From the NCBI GenBank assembly GCA_024278335.1, contig JAJRTJ010000003.1, forward strand, positions 101,297-165,296: a DNA stretch of 64,000 nucleotides, written 5' to 3'. The position numbers were made by a program, and so were the translations under genes. This document shows positions 17,091 to 27,640 of this stretch, piece by piece. The notes below the pieces were generated by a model. The model was not told the origin of the DNA. It made no database searches and worked only from the letters and a program-made list of their open reading frames with translations. Origin of the DNA: an archaeon (lineage in GTDB: Archaea > Nanobdellota > Nanobdellia > Pacearchaeales > GW2011-AR1). How positions within the stretch are numbered: the stretch's first letter is position 1; the number at the start of each line of letters is the position of its first letter.

Positions 17091-17612
17091 ATGGCTTTAA
17101 AGAATATAATTATTGGAATTACAATAATAATTTTAACTTTTTCTGTGGTTGTTTATGGAATTGCTACTTTTTATGAAAGACCAAGTTATAATGATTTTTG
17201 TCCTGATGTTCGGATTGCTAAGGTAATTGAAAGCCAGGCAGAGTGTGAAAGTATTGGGGGGAAATGGACTTCTTTTGAGAAAGAATGCATTGAAAAACCA
17301 TGTCCTGTTAAAGGCAGTTGTGACCCGGATTTTTCCTGCAGAAAAGATTATCAAAATGCTTTAGAAAAATATTCTTTGATTTTGTTTTTAATAACTCTTC
17401 CTTTAGGAATTTTAATTATTGTTTTGGGGGGAGTTGTTTTTGGCTTAGAAGATGTTGGAGCAGGATTAATGGGCGGAGGAGTTTTTACAATTTTATATGG
17501 TGTTGGAAATTATTGGAGATATAGTGGAGATGTTTTAAGATTTTTACTTTCTTTAGCAGGCTTAGTTGTTGTGATTTGGTTTGCCTATTGGTTTAATAAA
17601 AGAAAGAAGTAA
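17091..17612 (+). CDS. Membrane protein with Cys-rich extracytoplasmic segment
   Basis: N-terminal TM helix, seven Cys in about 60 residues, then further hydrophobic helices. Confidence 0.5.
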   Translation: MALKNIIIGITIIILTFSVVVYGIATFYERPSYNDFCPDVRIAKVIESQAECESIGGKWTSFEKECIEKPCPVKGSCDPDFSCRKDYQNALEKYSLILFLITLPLGILIIVLGGVVFGLEDVGAGLMGGGVFTILYGVGNYWRYSGDVLRFLLSLAGLVVVIWFAYWFNKRKK

Positions 17613-17661
17613 TGTTGTTGTGTAATAATCTTTAAAAAAAGAGTTTTGCGTTATTTATTTT

Positions 17662-17877
17662 ATGTGGACTTTGTTAGATAGAGTTAATAATAGAATTAGG
17701 AATAGACCTGGAATTAGAAGAGATGACCTGTGTTCTTTATTTCCAAATGAGGATGATTCTTCCATTAATGGCTTTATTGAAGAATTAGTTCGGGCAAAAG
17801 AAGTTATTGAGATTCATAAACGATATTCTCCTTGGGGGGATAAAAAATATGCAGAAAATCAGAGACAAACTAATTAA
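17662..17877 (+). CDS. Hypothetical small protein
   Basis: 71-aa ORF with no recognised motif. Confidence 0.3.
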   Translation: MWTLLDRVNNRIRNRPGIRRDDLCSLFPNEDDSSINGFIEELVRAKEVIEIHKRYSPWGDKKYAENQRQTN

Positions 17878-18509
17878 CCTAAATACCTAACTTTTCCTGG
17901 TTTTGGTTCAAAGATAATTCCTTCTTCAAGCATTTTTTTAATCTCTTGGTTGATTATTTCTGGAGAAGTTTCTCTTAATTCAAGAATAAGTTTTTCTGTG
18001 TCAATCCCTCCGTCTTCTTCAGAGGCTTTTATTTTTTCTAAAAGCTGGTCTTTTAAAGCTTTGACTTGTTCTTTTTCAATTGGAGGCGCTGTTTGGCTTC
18101 TTTGTTTTTCTAATTCAAGCTTTCTAATTAAAAGATATTTTGGGTCTTTTTCTTTTATAATTTCTGGAGAGATATATGTTTCATTATTAAAGTTTCTAAG
18201 AACTCCAATAACTACAACTGTCTGGCCCTGAGCAATTCCTGCGAATTTTTGAACGTCATCTCCAAATAATTTTAAGCTAATTTGTCCTGAACCATCGTCA
18301 AGTTTTAGAAAAGAATATTTTTTCTCTCCTTCGCTGTCATATCTTTCTATTATGTTTCCAATTACATTAACTCTTACTATTCTTTTGTCTCCTAATTCTA
18401 AAAAAGAAAACCTCTCTTGGTCAAAAATCGGCTTTCCAAGAAGCAAGTCTCCTATTCTGTATTTATATGCAATATTTCTTTTAAATTGCTGATTATCTTC
18501 ACCTGACAT
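17874..18509 (-). CDS. OB-fold ssDNA-binding protein, RPA32-like, with C-terminal winged helix
   Basis: OB core VRVNVIGNIIE...FLKLDDGSGQISLKLFG...VVVIGVLR, and C-terminal LEEGIIFEPKPGKVRYL. Immediately downstream of mcm on the same strand. Confidence 0.55.
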   Translation of the reverse strand: MSGEDNQQFKRNIAYKYRIGDLLLGKPIFDQERFSFLELGDKRIVRVNVIGNIIERYDSEGEKKYSFLKLDDGSGQISLKLFGDDVQKFAGIAQGQTVVVIGVLRNFNNETYISPEIIKEKDPKYLLIRKLELEKQRSQTAPPIEKEQVKALKDQLLEKIKASEEDGGIDTEKLILELRETSPEIINQEIKKMLEEGIIFEPKPGKVRYLG

Positions 18510-18600
18510 TTTATTCAGTTGAAAACCCTGAGAGGTTTATAAAGATTTATGGGCTTTTTAATAAAGAAAATGTTTTTTAGATTATCAATATATTTGCTTC

Positions 18601-20730
18601 CTATACTTTTTGAAGATAGCCTCTTCTTGGAAAAAATATTTCTCCAGATTCTCTGAGTTTTTGAATGATTTCATCAAATTCATCTTTTGATATTTTTCCT
18701 TCAATTTCTTTTTCAATTTCTTCAAGAGGAATAAGTTTGCCGAATTTTTCTTCTAATGCAGTAATTATCTCTCTTACACTAAAGATTTTATTTCTTTTTG
18801 AGCTGGTCATTCCTGTTGCAATTTTGTTTATGTCAAAAGTTTTTGTTTCATAATCATATCCTACTTGCATAAGATAGAATTTCATTAATTCTATTGCCTG
18901 TTCTGCATCTTTTTCAGAAACTTCTGGGCTGAGCCGGATTTTTGCTGAAGCTTCTGCCATTCTTACTAAGGCTCCAAGCTGTCTTGCTGAAATAGGAATT
19001 GCTCTTGTTGCACTCTCTGATTTAATTGGAGTGTTCCTTAATTTAATGTAAAAGTCTTTTAATTTTTTAACTGCTGCATCACTTAATCTTGGCTTGACTC
19101 TTTGTTTAGAATAAGCTACATATTTTCTAAATAATTCTGCTGAAATTGCACTTTCTATTTCTGAGCTTTGCTGTTGCTCTAAAATGTGGGAAGCAATTTT
19201 TTCATCTCTTTCTTTATTTGGAAGGTCTCTTAATGTGAAGATTATGTCAAAACGATTTATTAGTGTTGGAGGAAGGTCTATTTGCTGGGGAATTGATTGG
19301 TATGGGTCAAAAACCCCGAACTTTGGATTGGCTGCCGCTAAAACAGAGGTCTCTGCTTTAAGAGTTGCCTGCACACTTGCCTTTGAAATTGTTACTGTCT
19401 GCTGTTCCATTGCTTCGTGCATAGCCGACCTATCTACTGGATCCATTTTTTCCAACTCATCTATACAAACCAATCCTTTGTTTGCTAAAACCATTGCTCC
19501 TGCTTCAAGAGACCAACCCTTAAGATATTCATCTCTTACAACAGTTGCAGTCAATCCTGCTCCTGATGCTGATTTACCTACAACATAACGTCCTTTTGGA
19601 GAGATATTTGCCATATACCCTAAGATGACTGATTTTGCCACCCCTGGATCTCCCATAAGCAAGATATGGATATCTCCCCTTGTTTTTGAGCCTCCTGCTT
19701 GTTCTTTTCCCACACCTCCAAATAATTGAAGGACAAGGGATTTTTTGATTTCATCATATCCCCAGACACTTGGAGCAATGCTTTTTGCTAATTTAACAAA
19801 AACATCTGGGTCTTCTGAAAGCTCTAAAATCTGCCTTTCATCTTCTTCTGAAATCTCCAACTCTTCAAAAGTTTCTTCTAAAGGGATTAAATTATTTACT
19901 TCAATTGCAAGTTCAAATCTTGTTGAAAGCCCTCCTGTTGTTAATGGAACTGGAACTTCTTTTAAAACTCCAATTACCTTTATCCTTGCACCAGGAGTGG
20001 TTTTTTCCTCCATTCTTGGCTCAACGAGGTCTTCTTTTACAAAAACATTTATTCTTTTTGGCTGCTGACCTCCTGTCAAGGATTCTGGAGATTCTTCAAC
20101 TATAAGTCTTTGAGTGTCAACCATTTCTTTGCTTATTACCTTAAACCCGCCCCTTCTCCCGCAAGAACATCTTGTAGGCTCTCTAAATTTTTTATCAATC
20201 TGCAATACTGAGAGAATTGTTCCGCAGCTCGGACATTCAAATTTAGCATTCACAACCTGTGGTCTTACATCAGAAGACTGTCTTATAATCCCTTCAATTA
20301 CAATCATTTCATTAAGGTGCTTTGCCCTCAGGTTTCTTATTAATATTTCTTGCGACTTTGGAAGGTTTTCAAGTCTTACTCTGACTCCTTTTACAAGCCC
20401 CATTTCTTCAATTGCTTGTTCAATTATCCCAAGAGTTTCTTCTGGATTAGAAAGGATTTCTTCTGCAAGGTCTTGTGAGAATTCAGTTAAATCCAAAAAA
20501 TCAAGAATAATCACATTGTTTCCTTTTCTTAATGATTCTCCTAATGATTTTTTGTGAAAATCAAAGAATTTTTTTGATTCAAGCAACAATTCCTCTTGTT
20601 TTTGATTAAAGCTTCTTATTTCTTCTGGAATCTTCTCAGATGATTCAGATTCTTCTAACATTTGGTTTTTGTTAGTTTCTTCAACGGGGGAATTATTCAA
20701 ATCCTTTGCAAGTTCATCAACAGAGTCCAT
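18601..20730 (-). CDS. mcm: MCM replicative helicase
   Basis: Zn motif CPSCG...CSCG, Walker A GDPGVAKS, Walker B CIDELEKM, and arginine-finger region LINRFDIIF. Confidence 0.9.
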   Translation of the reverse strand: MDSVDELAKDLNNSPVEETNKNQMLEESESSEKIPEEIRSFNQKQEELLLESKKFFDFHKKSLGESLRKGNNVIILDFLDLTEFSQDLAEEILSNPEETLGIIEQAIEEMGLVKGVRVRLENLPKSQEILIRNLRAKHLNEMIVIEGIIRQSSDVRPQVVNAKFECPSCGTILSVLQIDKKFREPTRCSCGRRGGFKVISKEMVDTQRLIVEESPESLTGGQQPKRINVFVKEDLVEPRMEEKTTPGARIKVIGVLKEVPVPLTTGGLSTRFELAIEVNNLIPLEETFEELEISEEDERQILELSEDPDVFVKLAKSIAPSVWGYDEIKKSLVLQLFGGVGKEQAGGSKTRGDIHILLMGDPGVAKSVILGYMANISPKGRYVVGKSASGAGLTATVVRDEYLKGWSLEAGAMVLANKGLVCIDELEKMDPVDRSAMHEAMEQQTVTISKASVQATLKAETSVLAAANPKFGVFDPYQSIPQQIDLPPTLINRFDIIFTLRDLPNKERDEKIASHILEQQQSSEIESAISAELFRKYVAYSKQRVKPRLSDAAVKKLKDFYIKLRNTPIKSESATRAIPISARQLGALVRMAEASAKIRLSPEVSEKDAEQAIELMKFYLMQVGYDYETKTFDINKIATGMTSSKRNKIFSVREIITALEEKFGKLIPLEEIEKEIEGKISKDEFDEIIQKLRESGEIFFPRRGYLQKV

Positions 20731-20779
20731 GCAAGAAAAAAGAGATTATTGTTTAAATAGATTTATGAAATAAAATGAG

Positions 20780-21337
20780 TTAATAGTTCTTTAAAGCATC
20801 TTTGACGTTCTTAAGCATCATTCCCATGCTTTGGTCAAGTTCTGCTCGATTTTTGGTTCCAGTGCAAACAAGTTTTCCGTTTGAAAAAAGAAGAAAAGTT
20901 GCATTTGGTTCAATAAGTTTATAGACAAGCCCTGGAAATTGCTCTGGCTCATATTCAGTATTTTCCATTTCTAATGCAAGAAAATTTAAGTTTAATTTAA
21001 GATTTATTTCTCCTGAAGCTACAATATTTTGAACAGTTATTTTTGGCTGAGTTGTGATTTTTACATTTACCTTTTTTAATTGTTTTATTACCTCATTTAT
21101 AACTTGTCTGACTTGGGCAACAGATTTTGTTCCTGTGCAAACAAGATTTCCTGAAGAAAAAACTAAGACTGCTGATTTCGGTTCCTTAATTCTCAAAACT
21201 AATCCAGGAAAAGTTTCTGGATTATATTCTGTGTTAGGATTTGTCCTTGCAAGTTTTGTCAATGGAACTGGTTTCCCAAGGGAAGCAGTTGCAACAATGT
21301 TTTGAATCTTGTAACTTGATTCTTTTTTCCCTGCCAT
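20780..21337 (-). CDS. tbp: TATA-box binding protein
   Basis: Two direct TBP repeats (NIVATASLG...FPGLVLRI...LVCTG and NIVASGEIN...FPGLVYKL...LVCTG). Confidence 0.9.
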   Translation of the reverse strand: MAGKKESSYKIQNIVATASLGKPVPLTKLARTNPNTEYNPETFPGLVLRIKEPKSAVLVFSSGNLVCTGTKSVAQVRQVINEVIKQLKKVNVKITTQPKITVQNIVASGEINLKLNLNFLALEMENTEYEPEQFPGLVYKLIEPNATFLLFSNGKLVCTGTKNRAELDQSMGMMLKNVKDALKNY

Positions 21338-21434
21338 TTTATTAAATTTAGTGGAAAATTTGGTTTATAAAGCTTTTTAAATGGTTCGACGAGGGTTTTT
21401 TTTAGGAAAAGTTTATATATTAAGAATTTTTTAA

Positions 21435-24400
21435 ATGGTTATGAAAAAGGGTGTGACTTTGCTGATTATTGGAATTTTAATTCTCGGTGTTCTTGGGACA
21501 GTTTATGCTGATCGTTCAGAAAAATCAGATTCTTCTTCAGATAGTTCTGATTCTGAAGGTTCTTCTTCTGATTCAAAAAAAGAAAAAAAATCTTCTTCAG
21601 GAGGAGATGATAAGGATGAGGACGAGAAAGAGACTTCTTCAGGCAATGGTCATAAGGAAAGAGAGCGTTCTAAAAAAATCAAGCAAGAGATGAAAAAAAA
21701 GAAAAAGGAAATGGAAAAACTGTCTAAATCTATAAAAAAGAGCCATAATAAAATTAAAGTTGTTTCATTAGAAGAAGAGGATTCTTCAGAAGATGAAGAA
21801 AAAGATGGACATGAAAAAAAGTTTAAGCAGAGATTTGGTTTAGGAGATAGCGAGGTTGTTTCAGAAGTAAAGTTAAAAATAAGCAAAGATTCTTGGAAAA
21901 TTAAAGCAGAACTTTCAAATGGAGAAAAGGAAGAGATTAAAATTATGCCAAATGTTGCTTCAAAAATTGCTTTGGCTAAACTAAAAACAAAAAATCAATT
22001 TCTTGAATTAAAAGAAGTTGGAAAAGGAGATGATGCTAGAATTATTTATCTTGCTGAAGCAAATAAAACTGCGCGAGTCCTTGGAATGTTTAAAGCTAAA
22101 TATAAATTAAAAATAGAAATTGACAGTGAAAATGGGAAAATCCTTAAAAAACATCTTCCTTGGTGGTATTTTCTTGTTAGCGACGAATTAGAGGACCCTG
22201 AAGTTGAAAACACGACTCTTCAATTAATCAGACCAATTCAAGATATTGTTCTTGTAGGAATGCAAAAAGAAATTATTGATTTAGATACTTATTTCTTGAA
22301 TGCAGAATCTTATTCTGTATCGCTTGCAGAAAATATAAGTTTTGTTTTAGAAGAAAATCTTTTGACTCTTTTTTCTGAAGAAAATTTTACTGGAAATGCT
22401 TTTGTAAAAATTATGGCTCAGAACGGAGATGAAAATTTAGAAGTGGGATTTAATGTTCTTGTTTCTGAGGGCAATCTTTCTGTTCAGACTTTTCAGTATC
22501 CTGCAATTTTAGGGGAGAAAGTGAGGTGGAAAAAGACAATTTTAGCAGGAGATAAGGCAGTTAAAATAAATCTTCCCTGGTTTGCAGAAAACATAACTCT
22601 TTTTAAATTAAGTAATGGGGTTATTGTTGAAAAAGAAGAGATTCATAAAAAATCTTTGACAATTAAAAAAGAAAAAGAGATTGATTCTTATGAAATTGAA
22701 TATTATACTCCTGCACCTTCTTTTTTTGAAGAAAGAGGACTTTTTACAAACAGAAAGAAAGTTAAGGTTCATGGACCAGAAGATTTACTTTATAGTGATG
22801 TTTTAGCATTTGATTACCTCCCTTTAGAAGCAGAAGCAAAGGCAGTTAAATTATATGCAATAACCTCAAATGGAAAAGAGGAAATTAAGGTTTCTAAGCA
22901 TGATTTAAATAAAAATGGTTTAGTAGATTATATTGAGTGGGTTATTCCCTTATTAAATAATCAGACTTATGAGGTGATTATAGAAATTGCAGGGGCAGAC
23001 CATCTTGATTCTGCGAGAAATTTTATTTCAGATATTTATGAAGAAGTTTATCAGCTTGATGGTGTTTGGAGTGAGGAGATTCCTTCTCAAGATTATGTAA
23101 GAGTGACTTTTCAGGCAAAGTTAGATAATACTCGTGATATTAAAATATACCCAAAAGTTATTAGTGGGGACCCTCGAATTGAAGTTTATGAAGCAGATGG
23201 AAATGAGATTATTGCAGAGCTTCCTACTGTTAATTCAAATACTTATAATCAGATTTTGTTAACAAACCTTGTTGGAACCCAAGATACTTTTGATTTAAGG
23301 ATTGTTGGAGGAGATTTAGAAATTGACCACATTGTAGACCCTGCAGTCACTCTTGTTTCTCCTTTTGACAATACTTATTCAAGTAATCCAACACAAACCT
23401 TTACTTGTTCTGCTACAGATGATATTTTACTTTCAAATATTACTCTTTATGGAAGTTGGGCAGGAGGGTGGCATGCAAATGAAACTGTTGAAGTTACTGG
23501 AGTTTCTAATTCTACTAGTTTTATAAAAACCCTTTCTGATGGAGCATATATTTGGAATTGTCTTGCTTATGATAATGACAGTAATGCAGCATGGGCAATT
23601 AGCAATTATAGTATTGTAATTGATACGCTCTTTCCTGAGATTAATATTACTTTTCCTCAAAATCAAACATATAATTATGCAGTTTCTGGATTAAATTATA
23701 GTTATTCTGAAGATAATCCGGATGTTTGTTGGTATTCTACAAATTCTGGAATTACAAATTCAACCCCTGTTTCTTGCGGCACGGGGTGGACAGGAGTTTC
23801 TTCAACAGAAGGAACAAATATCTGGACAGTATATATAAATGACTCTACTGGAAGTGAAAATTTGACTTCAGTTGTTTTTATGCAAGATAGCCTTTATCCT
23901 CAGATTAATTATGGGGCAGGAACTGCAGTAGATTATGCAAATCTCTCTCAATCAAATGTTTATGTGGATGTAGAGGTTGTAGAAGCAAATGAGGATACGA
24001 TTATTTTTTCTCTTTATAATGCAAGCGGGATCGTTAATCAAAGCAGTTTTACTGATGGAACAAGGGCAATAAACTGGATTGATTTGGCTGATGGAACTTA
24101 TACTTATAATGTTACAATAAATGATAGCCTTGGTAATTCTAACATCACTTTAACAAGAACAATTACCCTTGATACTTCTTTTCCTTTAATTTCTTTTGGA
24201 GTAGGAACTGCAGTAAATTACGCTAATCTTTCCCAAAATTGGACTTATGTAAATGTTTCTACTGGCGAAGGAAGTTTGGCAAATATGGCTTTTTCTTTGT
24301 ATAAGGGAGGGGCAGTTGTCAATTCAACTCTTTATACTTCTGTTAATTATGAAATAAAGTGGATTTCTCTTGAAGATGGAATTTATAGCTACGAAGTAAA

Positions 24401-25121
24401 TATAACTGATATCGCAGGGAATAAAAATTCAACTGGCCTTAGGTATATTACACTTGATACTCATGTTCCAGAAGTTTCTATTTCATGCTCTAAATCTCTT
24501 TTAGCTGTTGGAGAGTCTTTGACTTGCACTTGCGATGTTACAGATAATCTTGACTCTTCTCCAAGCATTGATTATACAGAAACTCCTGTTACTTCTCGGG
24601 CAGGCTCTTTTACTACTACTTGCACAGCAACAGATTTTACTGGAAATAGTGCTTCAGATGATTTTAATTATGAGGTTGAATCTTCTGGAGGGGGAAGCTA
24701 TCCAAATTACCCTGTTCCTGTTTTAGATTTGTCTAAGGGGTATTCTCAAGTCTTAAGAAAGAACTGGAAAATGAATTTCAAACTTGATGATAAAAAATAC
24801 ACCCTTTTAGTTAAAGAAATTAAGGATAATGAGACAACTATTGTGCTCTCCCCTGCTGATTCTCAAGAGGAGAGTTTGGAAGTTGGAGAAGCAAGGAAAT
24901 TTGAGCTTTCTGGGGATGACTATTATGATTTTTTAGTGAAAGTAAATTCAATTAAGAAGTCTCTTTTGTTTTCTTCAGTTAATTTGACTGTTCAATCAAT
25001 AAATGAGAAGATTGCAAAAGAAGAATCTTTTGAAGATGAAAAGCCTGAAAAAATAGAAGATTCAAAGAGCGAGGGGTGGTTTGAGAGGCTGATTAATTGG
25101 ATTAAGAACTTATTTAGTTAA
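21435..25121 (+). CDS. Large secreted surface protein with tandem Ig-like modules (adhesin or S-layer-like)
   Basis: Signal or anchor helix, then a Ser/Asp/Lys/Glu low-complexity spacer. At least 3 tandem ~95-aa modules are bounded by (I/L)DTxFPxI. Many N-x-S/T sequons. Confidence 0.7.
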   Translation: MVMKKGVTLLIIGILILGVLGTVYADRSEKSDSSSDSSDSEGSSSDSKKEKKSSSGGDDKDEDEKETSSGNGHKERERSKKIKQEMKKKKKEMEKLSKSIKKSHNKIKVVSLEEEDSSEDEEKDGHEKKFKQRFGLGDSEVVSEVKLKISKDSWKIKAELSNGEKEEIKIMPNVASKIALAKLKTKNQFLELKEVGKGDDARIIYLAEANKTARVLGMFKAKYKLKIEIDSENGKILKKHLPWWYFLVSDELEDPEVENTTLQLIRPIQDIVLVGMQKEIIDLDTYFLNAESYSVSLAENISFVLEENLLTLFSEENFTGNAFVKIMAQNGDENLEVGFNVLVSEGNLSVQTFQYPAILGEKVRWKKTILAGDKAVKINLPWFAENITLFKLSNGVIVEKEEIHKKSLTIKKEKEIDSYEIEYYTPAPSFFEERGLFTNRKKVKVHGPEDLLYSDVLAFDYLPLEAEAKAVKLYAITSNGKEEIKVSKHDLNKNGLVDYIEWVIPLLNNQTYEVIIEIAGADHLDSARNFISDIYEEVYQLDGVWSEEIPSQDYVRVTFQAKLDNTRDIKIYPKVISGDPRIEVYEADGNEIIAELPTVNSNTYNQILLTNLVGTQDTFDLRIVGGDLEIDHIVDPAVTLVSPFDNTYSSNPTQTFTCSATDDILLSNITLYGSWAGGWHANETVEVTGVSNSTSFIKTLSDGAYIWNCLAYDNDSNAAWAISNYSIVIDTLFPEINITFPQNQTYNYAVSGLNYSYSEDNPDVCWYSTNSGITNSTPVSCGTGWTGVSSTEGTNIWTVYINDSTGSENLTSVVFMQDSLYPQINYGAGTAVDYANLSQSNVYVDVEVVEANEDTIIFSLYNASGIVNQSSFTDGTRAINWIDLADGTYTYNVTINDSLGNSNITLTRTITLDTSFPLISFGVGTAVNYANLSQNWTYVNVSTGEGSLANMAFSLYKGGAVVNSTLYTSVNYEIKWISLEDGIYSYEVNITDIAGNKNSTGLRYITLDTHVPEVSISCSKSLLAVGESLTCTCDVTDNLDSSPSIDYTETPVTSRAGSFTTTCTATDFTGNSASDDFNYEVESSGGGSYPNYPVPVLDLSKGYSQVLRKNWKMNFKLDDKKYTLLVKEIKDNETTIVLSPADSQEESLEVGEARKFELSGDDYYDFLVKVNSIKKSLLFSSVNLTVQSINEKIAKEESFEDEKPEKIEDSKSEGWFERLINWIKNLFS

Positions 25122-25137
25122 TTTTGTTTTTTAAATC

Positions 25138-26859
25138 TCATCCATATTGATAATTTCTTTTTTGATTTTTAAAGTCTTTTTTAATTTCTTCAAGAGTTGT
25201 TATTTCTGAAAGAGGTTTTTCTGGACGCAGGGAAATAAATCTTGGAAATCTTAAGGCAAATCCAGACTCATAATTTGGAGAGATTTGAATTTCTTGATAA
25301 TGGATTGTAACAATGATTTTTGGTTTTATTTTAACTGTTCTTGCTTTTTCTTCAATTATCAGGGGTTTGAGCAATTCAGTCATTTTTTCATATGTTACTT
25401 CTTGGTCACCTTTTTTTGATAATTGGGATCTTTCTTTTATTCCTGTGGACATTTTCCCAACTTCAATGTATTTTCCATTGTGTCTGCAAGATAAAATAAA
25501 ACTTGAGAGAACTCCAGATCTTTTTCCGGTTCCATATTCTGCCCCAGTTATTACAAGGTCATAATCTCTTTCGTCTGGTTTTACTTTAACCATTTGTCCT
25601 ACCCTTCTTCCAGGCCTATATGGAGCATCAAGATTTTTCATCATAACTCCCTCTTGATTTGCCTGTAAGGCTTGCTTATAGAATTGAGTTGCAGTTTTTT
25701 CATCGTCGGTAATAATTTGTTTTGCTTTAATAATCTTATATGGCTTGTCTGTTATTATCTGCTTAAGAATTTTGATTCTTTGTCTTAGGGACTTGTCTAA
25801 TATTGGCTTTCCATTGTAAAAAAGGATGTCAAAAATATTTAATTCTACTGGAAGTTTTTTTTGCAGTTCTTCAATATTATATTTTCTTTTTATTCTTTGA
25901 GAAATGCTTTGAAATTCCTTGTATTCTTTTGTCTTGCTGTCAAATCCAACTGCTTCTGCGTCAAGAATAAATGAATTTCCTTTTACATATTTTTCAATAG
26001 ATTCTTTTATTTCTGGAAATTGTTTTGTTACATTTTCAAGCCTTCTTGTAAAAAGAAATATTTTTTTTCCTTGCTTATGGATAATTAATCTAAATCCGTC
26101 ATATTTATATTCTATTGCACAGGGTTTGCCGACAGCCTCAAATCCTTCTTTAATTGTTTCAACTTTTTGAGCAAGCATTGCCTTAATTGGCTTGCCAATT
26201 TTAAGGGAGATGTTTTTTAGATTTTTGATATTTTTTGTTTTGCAAAGCTTGAGAATATTTTTTAAGTCATTTGATTTGTCTATTGCAAGTTGAATTATTT
26301 TTTTTGCATTTTCTGTTTTTGGAAAAAATGCTTTAACAAGCGCATCCCTGATTGTGCTTTCTTGAATTCCAATTCTCAAATCCCCTATCAATGTTCTTAT
26401 AAGATATTTTGATTCTATTGGAGACATAGATGTGAGAAGCTCTGTGATTAAAGAGATTTTTTTGTCTACGGTTCCTTTTCCTTCAAGCTCAGGAAGTTTT
26501 CTTAAATTTTCTAATACCTTTTTTATTGTAATTATCTGGTTTGCAAGAGTAGATTGTTTTTTTGAGCTTGTTAGTTTTTCTGCAACAAGCCCCAAGTCTC
26601 CGAGTTTTTTCCATTCTTTTGTTACTTTTTCAGGGGTGTTTCCTGTTGCTCTTGCAATTGCTTTTACTGCAAGCTGATTTGAAATTCCAATTTTTCTCTC
26701 GTCATACTGCGGGTAAATATTTCCTAAAAGAAGGTAGAGAAGATTTTCTTCTTCCTCGTCGAGATTTTTTAAAAATTCAGAAAGAATGTCTGTTTTTTCC
26801 AAGCGTTTTGTTGTTGAGGAGATTTTTTCATATAACTGCGCAAGTTTTTGATATTTCAT
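25138..26859 (-). CDS. lig: ATP-dependent DNA ligase
   Basis: Adenylation motif AIEYKYDGFR (KxDG), plus downstream ligase and OB-fold blocks. 573 aa. Confidence 0.9.
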   Translation of the reverse strand: MKYQKLAQLYEKISSTTKRLEKTDILSEFLKNLDEEEENLLYLLLGNIYPQYDERKIGISNQLAVKAIARATGNTPEKVTKEWKKLGDLGLVAEKLTSSKKQSTLANQIITIKKVLENLRKLPELEGKGTVDKKISLITELLTSMSPIESKYLIRTLIGDLRIGIQESTIRDALVKAFFPKTENAKKIIQLAIDKSNDLKNILKLCKTKNIKNLKNISLKIGKPIKAMLAQKVETIKEGFEAVGKPCAIEYKYDGFRLIIHKQGKKIFLFTRRLENVTKQFPEIKESIEKYVKGNSFILDAEAVGFDSKTKEYKEFQSISQRIKRKYNIEELQKKLPVELNIFDILFYNGKPILDKSLRQRIKILKQIITDKPYKIIKAKQIITDDEKTATQFYKQALQANQEGVMMKNLDAPYRPGRRVGQMVKVKPDERDYDLVITGAEYGTGKRSGVLSSFILSCRHNGKYIEVGKMSTGIKERSQLSKKGDQEVTYEKMTELLKPLIIEEKARTVKIKPKIIVTIHYQEIQISPNYESGFALRFPRFISLRPEKPLSEITTLEEIKKDFKNQKRNYQYG

Positions 26860-26907
26860 ATGAAAATAAAGGAGAAAGAGTTTTTAAGATTTGGGAAAAC
26901 ATAAAAA

Positions 26908-27489
26908 TTAATAATTTTCTTCCAAAACTTCATAATAAGCTTGAGGGTGTTTGCATGCAGGGCATTCTTGAGGAGCTTGCTCTGCTTCATGAACATAACC
27001 GCAGTTTCTGCATTTCCATTTTACAGATTGGGGTTTTTTGAAGACTTCATTATTTTTTACATTTTCTAATAATTTTCTATATCTTTTTTCGTGCTGTTCT
27101 TCAACTTCTGCAATTTCTTTAAATGAATTTGCAATTTCTTCAAATCCTTCTTGTCTTGCAATTTTTTCAAAGTCTGGATAAATCTCTCCCCATTCTGCTT
27201 TTTCCCCTTCTGCAGAAGCCAGGAGATTTTCTTCAGTTGTTCCTATTTTTCCAGCAGGATATTCTGCAGTTATTTCTGCAAGTTCTCCAATTTCATTTAA
27301 ATATTTAAAAAATATTTCTGCATGCTCTTTTTCGTTGTCTGCTGTTTCTTGAAATATTGCTGCAATCTGTTCAAAACCCTCTTTTTTAGCAACAGAAGCA
27401 AAAAAAGTATACCTATTTCTTGCCTGACTTTCACCAGCAAATGATTTTAATAGATTTTTTAATGTTTGGGAATTTTTTAAATTGGCCAT
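26908..27489 (-). CDS. rbr: Rubrerythrin
   Basis: Ferritin-like four-helix region with ExxH pairs, and C-terminal rubredoxin-like CRNCG...CPACKHP. Confidence 0.85.
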   Translation of the reverse strand: MANLKNSQTLKNLLKSFAGESQARNRYTFFASVAKKEGFEQIAAIFQETADNEKEHAEIFFKYLNEIGELAEITAEYPAGKIGTTEENLLASAEGEKAEWGEIYPDFEKIARQEGFEEIANSFKEIAEVEEQHEKRYRKLLENVKNNEVFKKPQSVKWKCRNCGYVHEAEQAPQECPACKHPQAYYEVLEENY

Positions 27490-27640
27490 TCTCTGAATTA
27501 AAATTATTGATTTATATATTTTTAGGACAACTCTAAAGTAAGTGAGTTTTTAATTGATTATTAAAATAAATTATTTATAACCACTTATTAGGAATAACAA
27601 TATAGAAAGGTTTATAAATAGAAAATTTGGATTTAAATAT

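Noticed and set aside
21487-21886. Apparent simple-sequence repeats (AAG/GAA/TCT runs) near the start of the large surface protein gene.
   Set aside because: They are in frame and encode the Ser/Asp/Glu/Lys low-complexity linker of the protein. This is not a non-coding repeat or a CRISPR-like array.
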